Notes under the pieces: model-generated
The model's input: only the letters and a program-made list of their open reading frames with translations
Database searches by the model: none
Told to the model about the DNA's origin: nothing
Program-made: the position numbers and the translations under genes
In this document: piece after piece, positions 41,819 through 52,166 of the stretch
Numbering within the stretch: position 1 is the first letter of the stretch
Layout: each line of letters starts with the position of its first letter
NCBI GenBank assembly: GCA_965200715.1
Contig: OZ241374.1
Span: 1,048,474-1,112,473, forward strand
DNA: 64,000 bases
Direction of reading: 5' to 3'
Source of the DNA: Arenicellales bacterium
Lineage (GTDB): Bacteria > Pseudomonadota > Gammaproteobacteria > Arenicellales > Poriferihabitantaceae

Positions 41819-42637
41819 ATGCGTGGGATAATTTATACGGAAGGAAGTTCAGTTGATGCTCTGTCATTGAGTCTTGATTCTGATACTTGCTTTTTACGAG
41901 ATATCTTAAACAGACCATTGATCTATTACTCAATATCCTTATTGGCTGAAATAGGCATTCGGAATATCTTAATCACTGCCAAGGCTGAGACATTGGCACG
42001 TTTTCAGGAAATACTCGGGAGTGGGCAAGATTGGGGACTGCAGTTTTCCTATTTGCTTACTAGAGGACGTAAGGATCTAGTAGAGAGTTTGCTTACCTCA
42101 GAGGAATTTGTTGGTGGCACAAACTCCTGTCTAATAATGGGCGATAAAGTATTTTTGAATACTAGGTTGACTGGCTGGTTACCGGAACTAAATTTACACA
42201 GCGGAGTAACGGTTTTGATTAAACCATTACCATTAGGGTTCCGTCATTTCGAAGAATCTAAGGTCGGACTTGTTGTTTTTGACTCAGCTGTATTTAACAA
42301 AATTCGCTCATTGCAAGTGAATAGACCTAGCCTATATGATGTGCTAAAACAATACGATGAACAACGAGTTCGATATACAGCGAGTAATGAACATACTAGA
42401 TGGCTGGATATAGACTCATCATCAATAACGAAAGTGAACGACATAATTGAAAAATCCCTGAATTCCAGTCGAATAATACCGGGTTGTCCAGAGGAAGTTT
42501 GCTGGCGTCATGGTTTGATCGATGATGATCGACTAGAAAATTTAGCCAACCTAGCCGTTTCCCAAAAATATGGCTCTTATCTACTTGATGTGCTTAAAGG
42601 GAAGCGTAAATTCCAACTAGTAGAAAATAAGAGATAA
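41819..42637 (+). CDS. Divergent RmlA-like (sugar-phosphate nucleotidyltransferase fold) protein lacking catalytic motifs
   Basis: PLIYYSIS...GIRNILI, RFQEILGSGQDWGL, EEFVGG...MGD, CPEE...GLID, YGSYL match RmlA; GGSGTRL absent; ATG 41819 preferred. Confidence 0.8.
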   Translation: MRGIIYTEGSSVDALSLSLDSDTCFLRDILNRPLIYYSISLLAEIGIRNILITAKAETLARFQEILGSGQDWGLQFSYLLTRGRKDLVESLLTSEEFVGGTNSCLIMGDKVFLNTRLTGWLPELNLHSGVTVLIKPLPLGFRHFEESKVGLVVFDSAVFNKIRSLQVNRPSLYDVLKQYDEQRVRYTASNEHTRWLDIDSSSITKVNDIIEKSLNSSRIIPGCPEEVCWRHGLIDDDRLENLANLAVSQKYGSYLLDVLKGKRKFQLVENKR

Positions 42638-42641
42638 CATC

Positions 42642-43394
42642 ATGCTCGGAATCATTGGTGGGACAGGTTTTGAGAGTGTTCCGAAATTCGAAATAACCCG
42701 AAAACAGGCTGTGGATACGCCTTATGGCAAACCTTCGTCAGCACTTTATTATGCAACACTGAATGGCAATCCCTCCATTGTCTTGTCACGCCACGGAACA
42801 GGACCTCGGATAATGCCTCACCAAATCAATTATAGGGCAAACATTTATGCTCTACATGATCAGGGAGTAACTGATGTGATTGCGATTGCTGCAGTAGGTG
42901 GTATAACGCGCCGCTTTATTTCAGGTTCATTGTCTTTGCCTGATCAGATCATTGACTATACATGGGGTAGAGAACATACCTTTTTTGATAATACAGTGAA
43001 TTTCAATATCCCAACCAAGGATTTGGGACATGTGGAATTTGCGTACCCCTACGATCTTCATTTGCGAGAAAGTATTCTCAAATGCGCCAAAAATGCTGGA
43101 CAGCCGATTATTGATCACGGGGTTTATGGTGTTACCCAAGGGCCCCGTTTTGAAACGGCTGCAGAAATAGATCGTATGGATCGGGATGGTGCGGATATGG
43201 TAGGGATGACAGCAATGCCAGAAGCGGCATTGGCAAGAGAGTTGGGTATGTCTTATGCGACGCTTGCTATGGTGGTCAATCCCGCAGCCGGTCGGAGCAA
43301 TGAGGCAATATCTATGGCAGGTATTCGTCAGATTTTGGAAAAAACCACGAACAAGGTCTATCAAATGTTGCTGGCCTTTCACTCAATTCGTTGA
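42642..43394 (+). CDS. mtnP: S-methyl-5'-thioinosine/thioadenosine phosphorylase
   Basis: GIIGGTG, TPYGKPS, RHG...INYRANI, QGPRFETAAE, VGMT; VVN (rather than VTD) suggests the MTI type. Confidence 0.9.
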   Translation: MLGIIGGTGFESVPKFEITRKQAVDTPYGKPSSALYYATLNGNPSIVLSRHGTGPRIMPHQINYRANIYALHDQGVTDVIAIAAVGGITRRFISGSLSLPDQIIDYTWGREHTFFDNTVNFNIPTKDLGHVEFAYPYDLHLRESILKCAKNAGQPIIDHGVYGVTQGPRFETAAEIDRMDRDGADMVGMTAMPEAALARELGMSYATLAMVVNPAAGRSNEAISMAGIRQILEKTTNKVYQMLLAFHSIR

Positions 43395-44084
43395 CCAGAT
43401 TCCCAGTATCACCCCGAAAGCTGGATGATCAAAATAATGAACTTCCTTGAACCGAATCCGGCGTCGTTCGATAAGGTAATATTCAGGATCAAGTGATTCG
43501 ATTACCGGCCATGTATCGAATAGGTATTCTGGATCAAACCCAGATTCAGGATTTTCCTGCGGTTTTTCGATCAGTGTTTTGGGTGTACTAAGATTTGCTC
43601 TGGTGCTCTTCGTTGAGAGTTGTAAAGCTATATCAGCAAAAAGCAAAGATGTCTTATAGACCCGAAAGTATGCATGGGGTAGTCTAGATCCTACAGTTCC
43701 TAGTGATATAACTGGAGCATTTTGGAAGAAGAAAGGTGGTTGAATCCAGCGAGCACTAGCTAGCACAGGCAAATTGTTGATATTTAGTTTACGGATGAAT
43801 TCACTTAACCGCTGCAATTTTTGGGTGCCATTGTAGGCCGAACTTTCCGATAACCGTGATAAATTTCGGGACTGTTCCATCTCATTTAGATGAGATCTTT
43901 GCTCTTTGAGATGTTCACTGGAAAAATTCCAGTATTCAAGATCTAAGTCTTTTGAGTCTGGGCGCTCAAATACAATGACTTCAATCTCATAGTTGCTTGA
44001 ATGGGCAACTGATTGCAAACCGATTAATAACAACGCAACAATCCAAAAATACTGGAAACATTGCTTTTGTAGAATAGATATCAA
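43383..44084 (-). CDS. CsiV-like exported peptidoglycan-binding protein
   Basis: Signal peptide, YEIEVIVFER, WIQP, EVHYFDHPAFGVI; downstream of mfd. Confidence 0.75.
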   Translation of the reverse strand: MISILQKQCFQYFWIVALLLIGLQSVAHSSNYEIEVIVFERPDSKDLDLEYWNFSSEHLKEQRSHLNEMEQSRNLSRLSESSAYNGTQKLQRLSEFIRKLNINNLPVLASARWIQPPFFFQNAPVISLGTVGSRLPHAYFRVYKTSLLFADIALQLSTKSTRANLSTPKTLIEKPQENPESGFDPEYLFDTWPVIESLDPEYYLIERRRIRFKEVHYFDHPAFGVILGIWSTN

Positions 44085-44167
44085 CGAGTAAAATTATGAT
44101 TTTTAAGTTATTAGGGATACCATGAGTGCAACTGATTACATAATCAGTCGAAAAAGAAATTCATGTT

Positions 44168-47100
44168 TCAAACTATGCTCATGCTTTCAACTAGGTGCTC
44201 AATTTTATCAAGTCTTTCATTTGAACTCGTAATTTCTTTGATGAATTTTATTGAGCCAGATTGATTGAACGTCAGTTCATCAGGATGATTCTGGACAATC
44301 TCCAATAGCTTAGTCATATTGAGTTTCGGGTTCTTTTGAAACTGAATAGATCCCCCCGATTCATCAATCTGGATTTCGCTAATTCCAAGATTTTCTGAAT
44401 GCAATTTCAACGCGGTTAATCGAAACATATTACGGGCTGGATCAGGTAACAACCCGAATCGATCGATTGCTTCGATTTGTAGCTCATTCAAATCTTCAAT
44501 GCATATTGCATTAGAGATACGCTTATAAAAAATTAGTCGACTATGGGCATCCGATAGATAGTCATCAGGGAAATATGCTGGGACATGCAAATCGATCAGG
44601 GTCTCACTCGGGTCCATTTTGACATCAATGGTATCAGGAAGCTCTCCCTTACGAATGGAACGAATGGCAGAGTCGAGAAATTGACTATAAACGGAGAATC
44701 CAACTTTATCGATTAATCCACTTTGGGTTTCGCCCAACAATTCACCAGCACCACGAATTTCAAGGTCATGCGTTGCCAAAGTATATCCTGACCCAAGTTC
44801 GCCCATAGCATGAATTGCATCAAGTCGTTTGGAAGCATCTCCGGAAATATGTTCAAGATCTGGAACGAGTAAGTATGCATATGCCTGATGATGGGAACGG
44901 CCAACTCGGCCCCGTAATTGGTGAAGTTGAGCCAAACCAAATTTATCAGCACGATTGATGATGATGGTATTGGTAGTGGAAATATCGATTCCACTCTCAA
45001 TAATCGTGCTACAAATAAGAACATTGAATCGCTGGTGATAGAAATCCAGCATGATCATTTCTAATTGCATTTCTGGCATTTGTCCATGTCCGATTCCGAC
45101 CGTGGCTTCAGGTACCAATTGTTGTAATTCATCGGCCATGCGTTCAATTGAACTAACTTTGTTATGCAAGAAAAACACCTGTCCACCACGACGAATTTCG
45201 CGTAGGCATGCTTCGCGAACAATCTGATTATCATAGGATCGAATAAAGGTACGGATTGGCAGACGATTGACAGGTGGCGTAGCGATGATTGAAATCGATC
45301 TCAAGCCGGAAATAGCCAAATTAAGAGTGCGAGGGATTGGCGTTGCTGTCATTGCCAAAATATCGACGTTTTGACGAAGTTTCTTGAGTTTTTCCTTTTG
45401 ACGTACTCCAAAGCGATGCTCTTCATCAACAATGACGAGTCCCAGATTTGCAAACCCGATGCTATCTTGTAATAGGGCATGGGTGCCAATAATGATATCG
45501 ATCTTGCCCTCAATCACTCGTTGGGTAATATCCTTTTTCTGCTTGCTCGTTTTAAAACGTGACAAGACCTCAATCTCGATGGGCCATTTTGAGAAACGAC
45601 TGATAAATGTTTCAAAGTGTTGTTGGGCTAACAAAGTCGTAGGGGTTAATATTGCGACTTGTCTTCGATTATGAACAGCAATGAAAGCGGCGCGTAACGC
45701 AACTTCAGTTTTACCGAAGCCAACATCACCACAGATTAAACGATCCATGGGTTTCTGTATGACCAGATCATTAATTACATCTTGAATTGCTTGTAATTGA
45801 TCGGGAGTTTCCTCGAATTGAAACTCATCGATGAAAGCTGCAAAATCCTCAGTAGGTATGGTATTAGCAAAGCCTTTGCGAGCCTGGCGTACAGCGTCCA
45901 TTTCCAGTAATTCGGTTGCTACATCATAGGTTTTTTCGCGGGCCTGCTGTTTCGCTTTTTCCCACTCCTTAGAACCGAGTTGATGCCATGGTGCGGTATC
46001 GGGTGTGCCTCCAATATATCGACTGACTTGTTGAAGTGATAACACAGGTATATAGAGTCGGTCCTGATTTTGATATTCGATGATGATGTATTCCGTTTCG
46101 TCATCTGAGTAATCGACTCGGTATAGACCTCGATAACGTCCAACACCGTGATCGATGTGGGTTACTGGATCATTGAGATTTAATTCAGCAAGCGATTTGA
46201 TGATAGTATCTGGGTCCTTGGAGAATCGACTACGGCGGCGTTGGCGTAAAATTTGTTCGCCAAAAAGTTGACTTTCGCTGATGATCTCGAATTCATGGTC
46301 GGGCAATCGAAGACCTTGAGAGAGAGCACAAGCACTCAGACCAATTTGGCAATCTTGAGACTGTACAAATTCATCAAAACTCGAGAATACTGAAGTTGGA
46401 ATCTGGTGGGAAGTCAGCGCTTGTTCAATAATATTGATACGCCCTTGACTGCTGGCAACGATTAAAATGCGGTTATGCGTAGATTGCAGGTAGTCAATTA
46501 GTGAATCGTAGGCATTGGCAACTCGGGTATTTACTGGAAAGTTTTCAACCGGAATGCTTGAGGCTGACCATGCATTTGCGGCGTCTTGGTTTCCTAATTC
46601 GATTCTTCGAAAATTATTGATTTTCTCGATTGTCTCGTTTGGTTGAAGATATAAATGATCGGGTGGAAGAATCCGGCGTTCAATATCGTGTCGTAAGTTC
46701 TCGTAACGATTTTCGACATCTTCCATGAAGTTGTTTATCTCTATTTCGATGCATGACGATGTAATGAATACTGTTGAGCCTTTTAGATAATCAAAAATGC
46801 TAGTGGTTTCCTGAAAAAATAGGGGTAGATAAAATTCAATTCCGGGTGGAGTATTGCCCTGACTTACTTCTTTGTAGATATGTTGGGTTAATGGATCACA
46901 ATCAAATTTCTCCCGAAATGCAGATCGGAATTGATCAATTCCAGCTTCAGTCATAGGAAATTCACGTGCAGGATGGATTTCAATTTGTTGAATGTTATTG
47001 ATCGTTCGTTGTGTGTCTGGATCAAATAATCGTATTGAATCGATTGCATCATCAAAGAAATCGAGACGAAAGGGTGATTCTTGTCCAACAGGAAACACAT

Positions 47101-47608
47101 CGATCAACCCGCCTCTGGAGGCAAATTCACCTGGTGACACAACCAAATCAACACCAACATAGTTGGAATCAATTAGACGCAAGCGAAAATCTCCAAAATT
47201 GATTTTCTGGCCAACAGAAATCATAAAGGAATGGTTATAGATATACTCAACTGGTGGCAAGAATTGCAATAATGTATCGGTTTGGACCAAAAGTATGCCT
47301 CTATCAAGGCTTGGCAGTTGTGTGAGAATTCGGATTCTTTCTGAACCTACTTCCTGATGTGGTGAGAGATGCTCATAGGGTAGACATTCCAAGCCAGGAA
47401 GGTGTAAGACTGGATGATCAGTATCGCCAAGAAAAAAGCGAATTTCGTCTTCTAAAACACAAAGTTGATGAGAGTCATCCAGTACAATTAGTATCAGTTC
47501 TGGATACGTCCGAGTCAACTCGGCTATTGCATAACCGGTTGCTGAACCATGCAGATTATTCCAAATGATGGGTTCTGTCGATGAGCGCGGTAAGACTGGA
47601 TTCAGCAA
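44168..47608 (-). CDS. mfd: Transcription-repair coupling factor
   Basis: GEFASRGGLIDVFP, HIDHGVGRY, CGDVGFGKTE, DEEHRFG, QLRGRVGRS; start set at TTG 47608 to avoid overlap with ispD. Confidence 0.96.
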   Translation of the reverse strand: MLNPVLPRSSTEPIIWNNLHGSATGYAIAELTRTYPELILIVLDDSHQLCVLEDEIRFFLGDTDHPVLHLPGLECLPYEHLSPHQEVGSERIRILTQLPSLDRGILLVQTDTLLQFLPPVEYIYNHSFMISVGQKINFGDFRLRLIDSNYVGVDLVVSPGEFASRGGLIDVFPVGQESPFRLDFFDDAIDSIRLFDPDTQRTINNIQQIEIHPAREFPMTEAGIDQFRSAFREKFDCDPLTQHIYKEVSQGNTPPGIEFYLPLFFQETTSIFDYLKGSTVFITSSCIEIEINNFMEDVENRYENLRHDIERRILPPDHLYLQPNETIEKINNFRRIELGNQDAANAWSASSIPVENFPVNTRVANAYDSLIDYLQSTHNRILIVASSQGRINIIEQALTSHQIPTSVFSSFDEFVQSQDCQIGLSACALSQGLRLPDHEFEIISESQLFGEQILRQRRRSRFSKDPDTIIKSLAELNLNDPVTHIDHGVGRYRGLYRVDYSDDETEYIIIEYQNQDRLYIPVLSLQQVSRYIGGTPDTAPWHQLGSKEWEKAKQQAREKTYDVATELLEMDAVRQARKGFANTIPTEDFAAFIDEFQFEETPDQLQAIQDVINDLVIQKPMDRLICGDVGFGKTEVALRAAFIAVHNRRQVAILTPTTLLAQQHFETFISRFSKWPIEIEVLSRFKTSKQKKDITQRVIEGKIDIIIGTHALLQDSIGFANLGLVIVDEEHRFGVRQKEKLKKLRQNVDILAMTATPIPRTLNLAISGLRSISIIATPPVNRLPIRTFIRSYDNQIVREACLREIRRGGQVFFLHNKVSSIERMADELQQLVPEATVGIGHGQMPEMQLEMIMLDFYHQRFNVLICSTIIESGIDISTTNTIIINRADKFGLAQLHQLRGRVGRSHHQAYAYLLVPDLEHISGDASKRLDAIHAMGELGSGYTLATHDLEIRGAGELLGETQSGLIDKVGFSVYSQFLDSAIRSIRKGELPDTIDVKMDPSETLIDLHVPAYFPDDYLSDAHSRLIFYKRISNAICIEDLNELQIEAIDRFGLLPDPARNMFRLTALKLHSENLGISEIQIDESGGSIQFQKNPKLNMTKLLEIVQNHPDELTFNQSGSIKFIKEITSSNERLDKIEHLVESMSIV

Positions 47609-47662
47609 CTTGAAAGAGCCTAGATAAACGAAAGCGAGAATTCTACCTAAGTTGAGTGTGAT

Positions 47663-48391
47663 ATGAAAAAAAAATCGAAAAATGGATTGTTCTCTCGGAA
47701 GGTATGGGCAGTTGTACCAGCGGCAGGTCAGGGTTTGCGCATGGGTGGTACTCTCCCCAAACAGCACATGGAATTGTGCGGCAAGAGTATGCTTGAGCAT
47801 ACGTTGTTAAGATTATGTGAGATGCCGTTTATCACTGGTGTAATTATCGGATTATCTGCAACGGATCCCTTATGGAGTTATGATCCCTTTGAACATCCGA
47901 AATATTTTGGAATATTTGATGGTGGAGAACGTAGGCAAGATACAGTCAGAAAAGGGGTTCAATATTTGTTTGATGAAATTAGGGTTAGTTTGAAAGATTA
48001 CGTCTTGGTTCACGATGCTGCTCGTCCATGTATCACAAATCAAGATACACTCAAGGTGATTAAGGCGGCAAAAAAACATCAAGATGGAGCTGTGCTCGGT
48101 TCATGCTCGAAAGACACAATGAAATTGTCTACTGAAGATGGTGTGATTATCGAGTCTCTGGACAGAAATAGTTGCTGGCGAGCTTATACTCCGCAGGTAT
48201 TCAATGTTGCGAATTTGTTTGATGCACTTTATATGTTAGAAGAAGATGAAATTACGGTAACCGATGAGGCCATGGCCATGGAGTATGCGGGTTGGTCACC
48301 GATCATGGTCCAGGGCAGTGACATGAATATCAAGGTCACCGAGAAGAACGACCTGCGTCTGGCTGAAGCATTTCTTAAAGGGGATGTTTAG
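47663..48391 (+). CDS. ispD: MEP cytidylyltransferase
   Basis: PAAGQGLRMG, PKQ, GGERRQDTV, VHDAARP, TPQ, NIKVT. Confidence 0.95.
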   Translation: MKKKSKNGLFSRKVWAVVPAAGQGLRMGGTLPKQHMELCGKSMLEHTLLRLCEMPFITGVIIGLSATDPLWSYDPFEHPKYFGIFDGGERRQDTVRKGVQYLFDEIRVSLKDYVLVHDAARPCITNQDTLKVIKAAKKHQDGAVLGSCSKDTMKLSTEDGVIIESLDRNSCWRAYTPQVFNVANLFDALYMLEEDEITVTDEAMAMEYAGWSPIMVQGSDMNIKVTEKNDLRLAEAFLKGDV

Positions 48392-48393
48392 CT

Positions 48394-48864
48394 ATGAGAG
48401 TAGGTATAGGGCTGGATGCACATGCTATGATTGAGGGAAAAAAGCTCATTCTGGGTGGGGTAGAAATTGACTGGCACAAGGGGTTGGAAGGGCATTCGGA
48501 CGGTGATGCGTTATTACATGCGATTTGTGATGCATTACTGGGTGCTGCGGCTCTTGGCGATCTCGGACAGTATTTTCCTTCGAATGATCAGGAGTTTAAG
48601 GATATTGATAGTCGCATTTTGCTAAGACGTGTTGTAGAAATACTAAATAAAGATGGGAAGCGGATTGTTAATATCGATGCTGTGATCGTTGCACAAAAGC
48701 CCAGAATGTCTGGATACATCAAAGATATGATTGCCAATATTGCTGAAGATACGAATTTGCCGGTGTCAGCAGTCAGTGTTAAATCAACCAGTACCGATTA
48801 CTTAGGGTTTACCGGTCGAGAAGAGGGTATTGCTACTCAGGCAATTGCTATGATTGAGATGTAG
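48394..48864 (+). CDS. ispF: MEcPP synthase
   Basis: GLDAH, GHSDGD, DALLGAA, GFTGREEG. Confidence 0.96.
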   Translation: MRVGIGLDAHAMIEGKKLILGGVEIDWHKGLEGHSDGDALLHAICDALLGAAALGDLGQYFPSNDQEFKDIDSRILLRRVVEILNKDGKRIVNIDAVIVAQKPRMSGYIKDMIANIAEDTNLPVSAVSVKSTSTDYLGFTGREEGIATQAIAMIEM

Positions 48865-48901
48865 AGCAGGGTGATTGAGTAATTTTTCGATTATCCGTAT
48901 A

Positions 48902-49252
48902 TCATTTTCTCCCAATCATTCTTCCAAGTGGATGTCCACCGAAGAGGTGCATATGCAGGTGGTAGACTTCCTGCCCGCCATGATCACCGCAATTGATCAA
49001 TAGGCGATAACCGGACTCGGCAATTCCTTCCTGTTTCGCGATATCGCGAGCTACAACTAACAAATGACCAAGCAATGCTTCGTCTTCTTCGCTGATTTCA
49101 TTGACGCTTGGAATGAGTTTATTCGGGATGATTAGAATGTGAGTGGGTGCTTGTGGATTGATGTCTCTGAAAGCGGTAACCCGCTCGTCTTGGAACACAA
49201 TATCAGCGGGGATTTCCCGATTGACAATTTTCAAGAATAGCTCGTTGCTCAT
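48902..49252 (-). CDS. hinT: Histidine triad nucleotide-binding protein
   Basis: [23 protein letters not shown]. Confidence 0.92.
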   Translation of the reverse strand: MSNELFLKIVNREIPADIVFQDERVTAFRDINPQAPTHILIIPNKLIPSVNEISEEDEALLGHLLVVARDIAKQEGIAESGYRLLINCGDHGGQEVYHLHMHLFGGHPLGRMIGRK

Positions 49253-49350
49253 GGTTGTTCTCAATTATAGTTGGAATGTTGCTACTCATCCGATCGAGAT
49301 TGAGCAGTCTGATGTTGATAATCGTGAATTTTACTTTGGGAACTCGAGCA

Positions 49351-50322
49351 ATTCCAGCTCTGTTCTCGTATATTCAGACACACGTCGATGAAAGACAACA
49401 ACCCGGTGAATTCATACTGACAGGGTCTCAGCAGTTTGGATTGTTGTCAGGTATTACCCAGAGTCTGGCAGGCAGGGCCGCATTGCTGACCCTGTTACCC
49501 ATGACCTACGGAGAGTTAGGGCATGCAAAAAAAACTACTCCAGTTCTCGAGAAAACACTATTTGATGGTGCCTTTCCGCCCATTCACAGTCGCTTGCTTG
49601 ATCCCTACACCTGGCATGAAAACTATGTGCGAACATATCTTGAACGAGACGTCCGACAATTGATTAATGTCCGAAATCTACGGACGTTTCAACGCTTTTT
49701 GAGAATGTGTGCAGGCCGGACGGGACAACTCCTTAATCTTTTCTCTTTAGCTAATGATTGCGGGATTACGCATAACACAGCAAATGCATGGATATCCCTA
49801 CTGGAAGCAAGCTATGTTGTGCACCTGTTGCCACCACATCATCAAAATTTCAACAAGCGAATGGTCAAAACACCGAAACTCTATTTTCTGGATACTGGTC
49901 TTGCAGCCTGGTTGCTCGGTATCCAGAGTTACAAACAACTAATTAGCCATGTGCAAAAGGGGGCCCTGTTCGAAACCTGGGTTGTAAGCGAATTACTAAA
50001 AGCCCGTTTTAATGCGGGCAAGGCCTCGAATCTCTATTTCTGGCGTGATCGTTCAGGACATGAGGTAGACCTAGTTATTGACCATGGAACTGAACTATCG
50101 GCTTTAGAAATCAAATCCGGTCAAACCATCAATAAGGATTATTTCAAGGGGTTGGAGTTCTGGCAAAAGCTTGCCGGTAAATCTGCGGGGCAGTCAAGGC
50201 TGGTTTATGGCGGTGATAATCGACAAATATGCTCGAATGTGATTGTTCTGCCTTGGTATCAAATCGACGCTGAGCAGATCGTGAATCAGAGTAATGTCCA
50301 GATGGGTGAGGAAAATTCTTAA
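49351..50322 (+). pseudogene. 5'-truncated AAA_14 + DUF4143 ATP-binding protein
   Basis: Homology starts just after the Walker B position (PALFSYIQ...FILTGS...SLAGR); YVRTYLERD, KTPKLYFLDTG and YFWRD...EVDL...EIKS present; no Walker A or B. Confidence 0.75.
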
Positions 50323-50444
50323 TTTACCCAGTTTGATTCTGGCTCACCAGACTGGTTACCTTTAGTTTGACAACGAACCCAGCTCTCATGAAGTCTAACA
50401 TCCGCCCGACACAAAATGGAATTATGGTTCATTCTGAGTGTTTA

Positions 50445-51026
50445 TCAGGTAAATTTTAGTCTGTTTGCAATTCTGTATAGTTGTGAATCGTGAATACCAA
50501 TCTCTTTCAAGTGTGCGACAGTATTGATGACGTAATCAATATTCGTTCCCATTGGGCCTTCAGCCTCCTTGATAATATTGATGATATCATGGTCCGAATT
50601 CAATGATGCGAACTGTTTATGGTCCTTTCTTGAAACAAAGGTTAGAGCTTTAACTTTGCTACGGCTTTCAAGATAAATACTCTTAAGGATTGGACGATAG
50701 GCATAATTGGTCATTTCTCGGTCATAAAGATATTGCAAAGTTTCCTCGCGAAAACTCTCATCAATCTGAAATGCCACACCATGACAGGACCCGCCTGGAA
50801 TCAATCCAACGACAAGTCCAGGCCTTTCTGGCGTCCCTCGGTAATGTATTGACCATAAGCATAACCTACGATTGAATCCATACAAGCGGGCAGGACTGGA
50901 TTGGAGATAGCGAAATCCCGGTTTCCACATTAGCGAACCATATCCGAATACCCAGAGATTGCTAGAGGGCAACGATATTTCAAAAGGATTGTTCGACTGG
51001 TGACTATTATGAGTAAAATCGTTCAT
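50445..51026 (-). CDS. chaC: Glutathione-specific gamma-glutamylcyclotransferase (ChaC family)
   Basis: WVFGYGSLMWKPGF, YRGTPERPGLV, DRE, GPMGTNIDY. Confidence 0.88.
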   Translation of the reverse strand: MNDFTHNSHQSNNPFEISLPSSNLWVFGYGSLMWKPGFRYLQSSPARLYGFNRRLCLWSIHYRGTPERPGLVVGLIPGGSCHGVAFQIDESFREETLQYLYDREMTNYAYRPILKSIYLESRSKVKALTFVSRKDHKQFASLNSDHDIINIIKEAEGPMGTNIDYVINTVAHLKEIGIHDSQLYRIANRLKFT

Positions 51027-51051
51027 TGATGAGCATTTGATAGTACTTTCC

Positions 51052-51669
51052 ATGATTGATTTATTTTGCGACAGTTCACCAAACGGGTACAAAATTCTTA
51101 TTCTTCTTGAAGAGATTGGTATCGAATACCGGCTCATTCCTGTTGATCTAAGCCTTGATCTCACGACTATACCGCGATTTCTTGATATTTCACCAGATGG
51201 AAAAATTCCAGCTATTGTAGATTATGAAACAAACTCAGGTGGAGAGTCAGTTCACCTTTTCGAATCCGGTGCAATTATGCTTTATCTTGCTGAGAAGTCA
51301 GGCCGGTATCTTTCGGATAATTCTTTTTCAAGAATTGAGGTGCTCAAATGGTTGTTTTGGCAAGTTTCGAATTTTGGGCCAACATTGGGGCAGTTGATGC
51401 ATTTTAGAAGTGATGCTCAATCTCCTCAGGAGGTCTTGGATTATTTCTATTCTCATGCAAAGCGCTTATATCGATTTTTAGATCTTGAGCTTGAATGTCG
51501 TCCCTATATTGCACATGAATACAGCATAGCGGATATGGCGGTTTACCCATGGGTTGCAATCCATGAAAATCAGGGTTTAAATATTCCAGATTTTCCAAAT
51601 CTGATGCGGTGGTATTTTGATATGGAAGATCGCATAGCGGTCCAGCGAGCTTACGATCTTAGGCTATAA
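51052..51669 (+). CDS. Glutathione S-transferase family protein (YfcG/YghU-like)
   Basis: SPNGYKI, SPDGKIPAIVD, FESGAIMLYLAEK, WLFWQ, YSIADMA. Confidence 0.9.
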   Translation: MIDLFCDSSPNGYKILILLEEIGIEYRLIPVDLSLDLTTIPRFLDISPDGKIPAIVDYETNSGGESVHLFESGAIMLYLAEKSGRYLSDNSFSRIEVLKWLFWQVSNFGPTLGQLMHFRSDAQSPQEVLDYFYSHAKRLYRFLDLELECRPYIAHEYSIADMAVYPWVAIHENQGLNIPDFPNLMRWYFDMEDRIAVQRAYDLRL

Positions 51670-51674
51670 GGGTA

Positions 51675-52166
51675 CTATTTTTCAGGTGCGATGTGTGAGA
51701 AATTATTCAGGTCGGGTGATATCTCATATGCTTGACCAAAGCCGATCACGAAAGATCCAGATTCGGGTTGCAGTTGATACAGATGGAAATCAGAGAGTGT
51801 ACGAAGGGTTTGGATAATATCCCCGTGCCGTTGCTCTAATCCGTCGAGAATTTTCCCATAAAGATTTTCTTTCGGATTAACCAGTACGCAATTGCAATGG
51901 AAAGCCAAGCGATTACGAGCGTAAATTTGTGGTGACTTTGACTCATCATCAATAATCAATATGCTGGCTGTTCCGATTGCAAGATTAGTGGTATGTGAGG
52001 ACAGAGTACTTACGAAAATAAAAAAATCCCCATTATCTGTGCGGTAGAAAGGTGCGTAGCTTGCAAGCGGTTTTCCATATTGATCTACAGTCGCAAGTTG
52101 CAAGGATTTACAACTGCTCAAGAGTTCAGAAGCGCGCTTTTTTAACCTCGATAATTCCTCAGTCAT
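51675..52166 (-). CDS. HutZ/HugZ-like pyridoxamine 5'-phosphate oxidase family protein
   Basis: SLQLATV...ASYAPF...HTTNL, FVIGFGQAY. Confidence 0.8.
   Translation of the reverse strand: MTEELSRLKKRASELLSSCKSLQLATVDQYGKPLASYAPFYRTDNGDFFIFVSTLSSHTTNLAIGTASILIIDDESKSPQIYARNRLAFHCNCVLVNPKENLYGKILDGLEQRHGDIIQTLRTLSDFHLYQLQPESGSFVIGFGQAYEISPDLNNFSHIAPEK

Noticed and set aside
47609-47800. N-terminal extension of Mfd in the ORF track
   Set aside because: Overlaps ispD on the opposite strand; Mfd similarity begins near 47608
50390-50445. GTCTAAC as the start of an integron attC site
   Set aside because: No complementary GTTRRRY end or hairpin; no integrase or cassette array
51027-51164. N-terminal extension of ChaC
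   Set aside because: Antisense to the GST coding start; not ChaC-like
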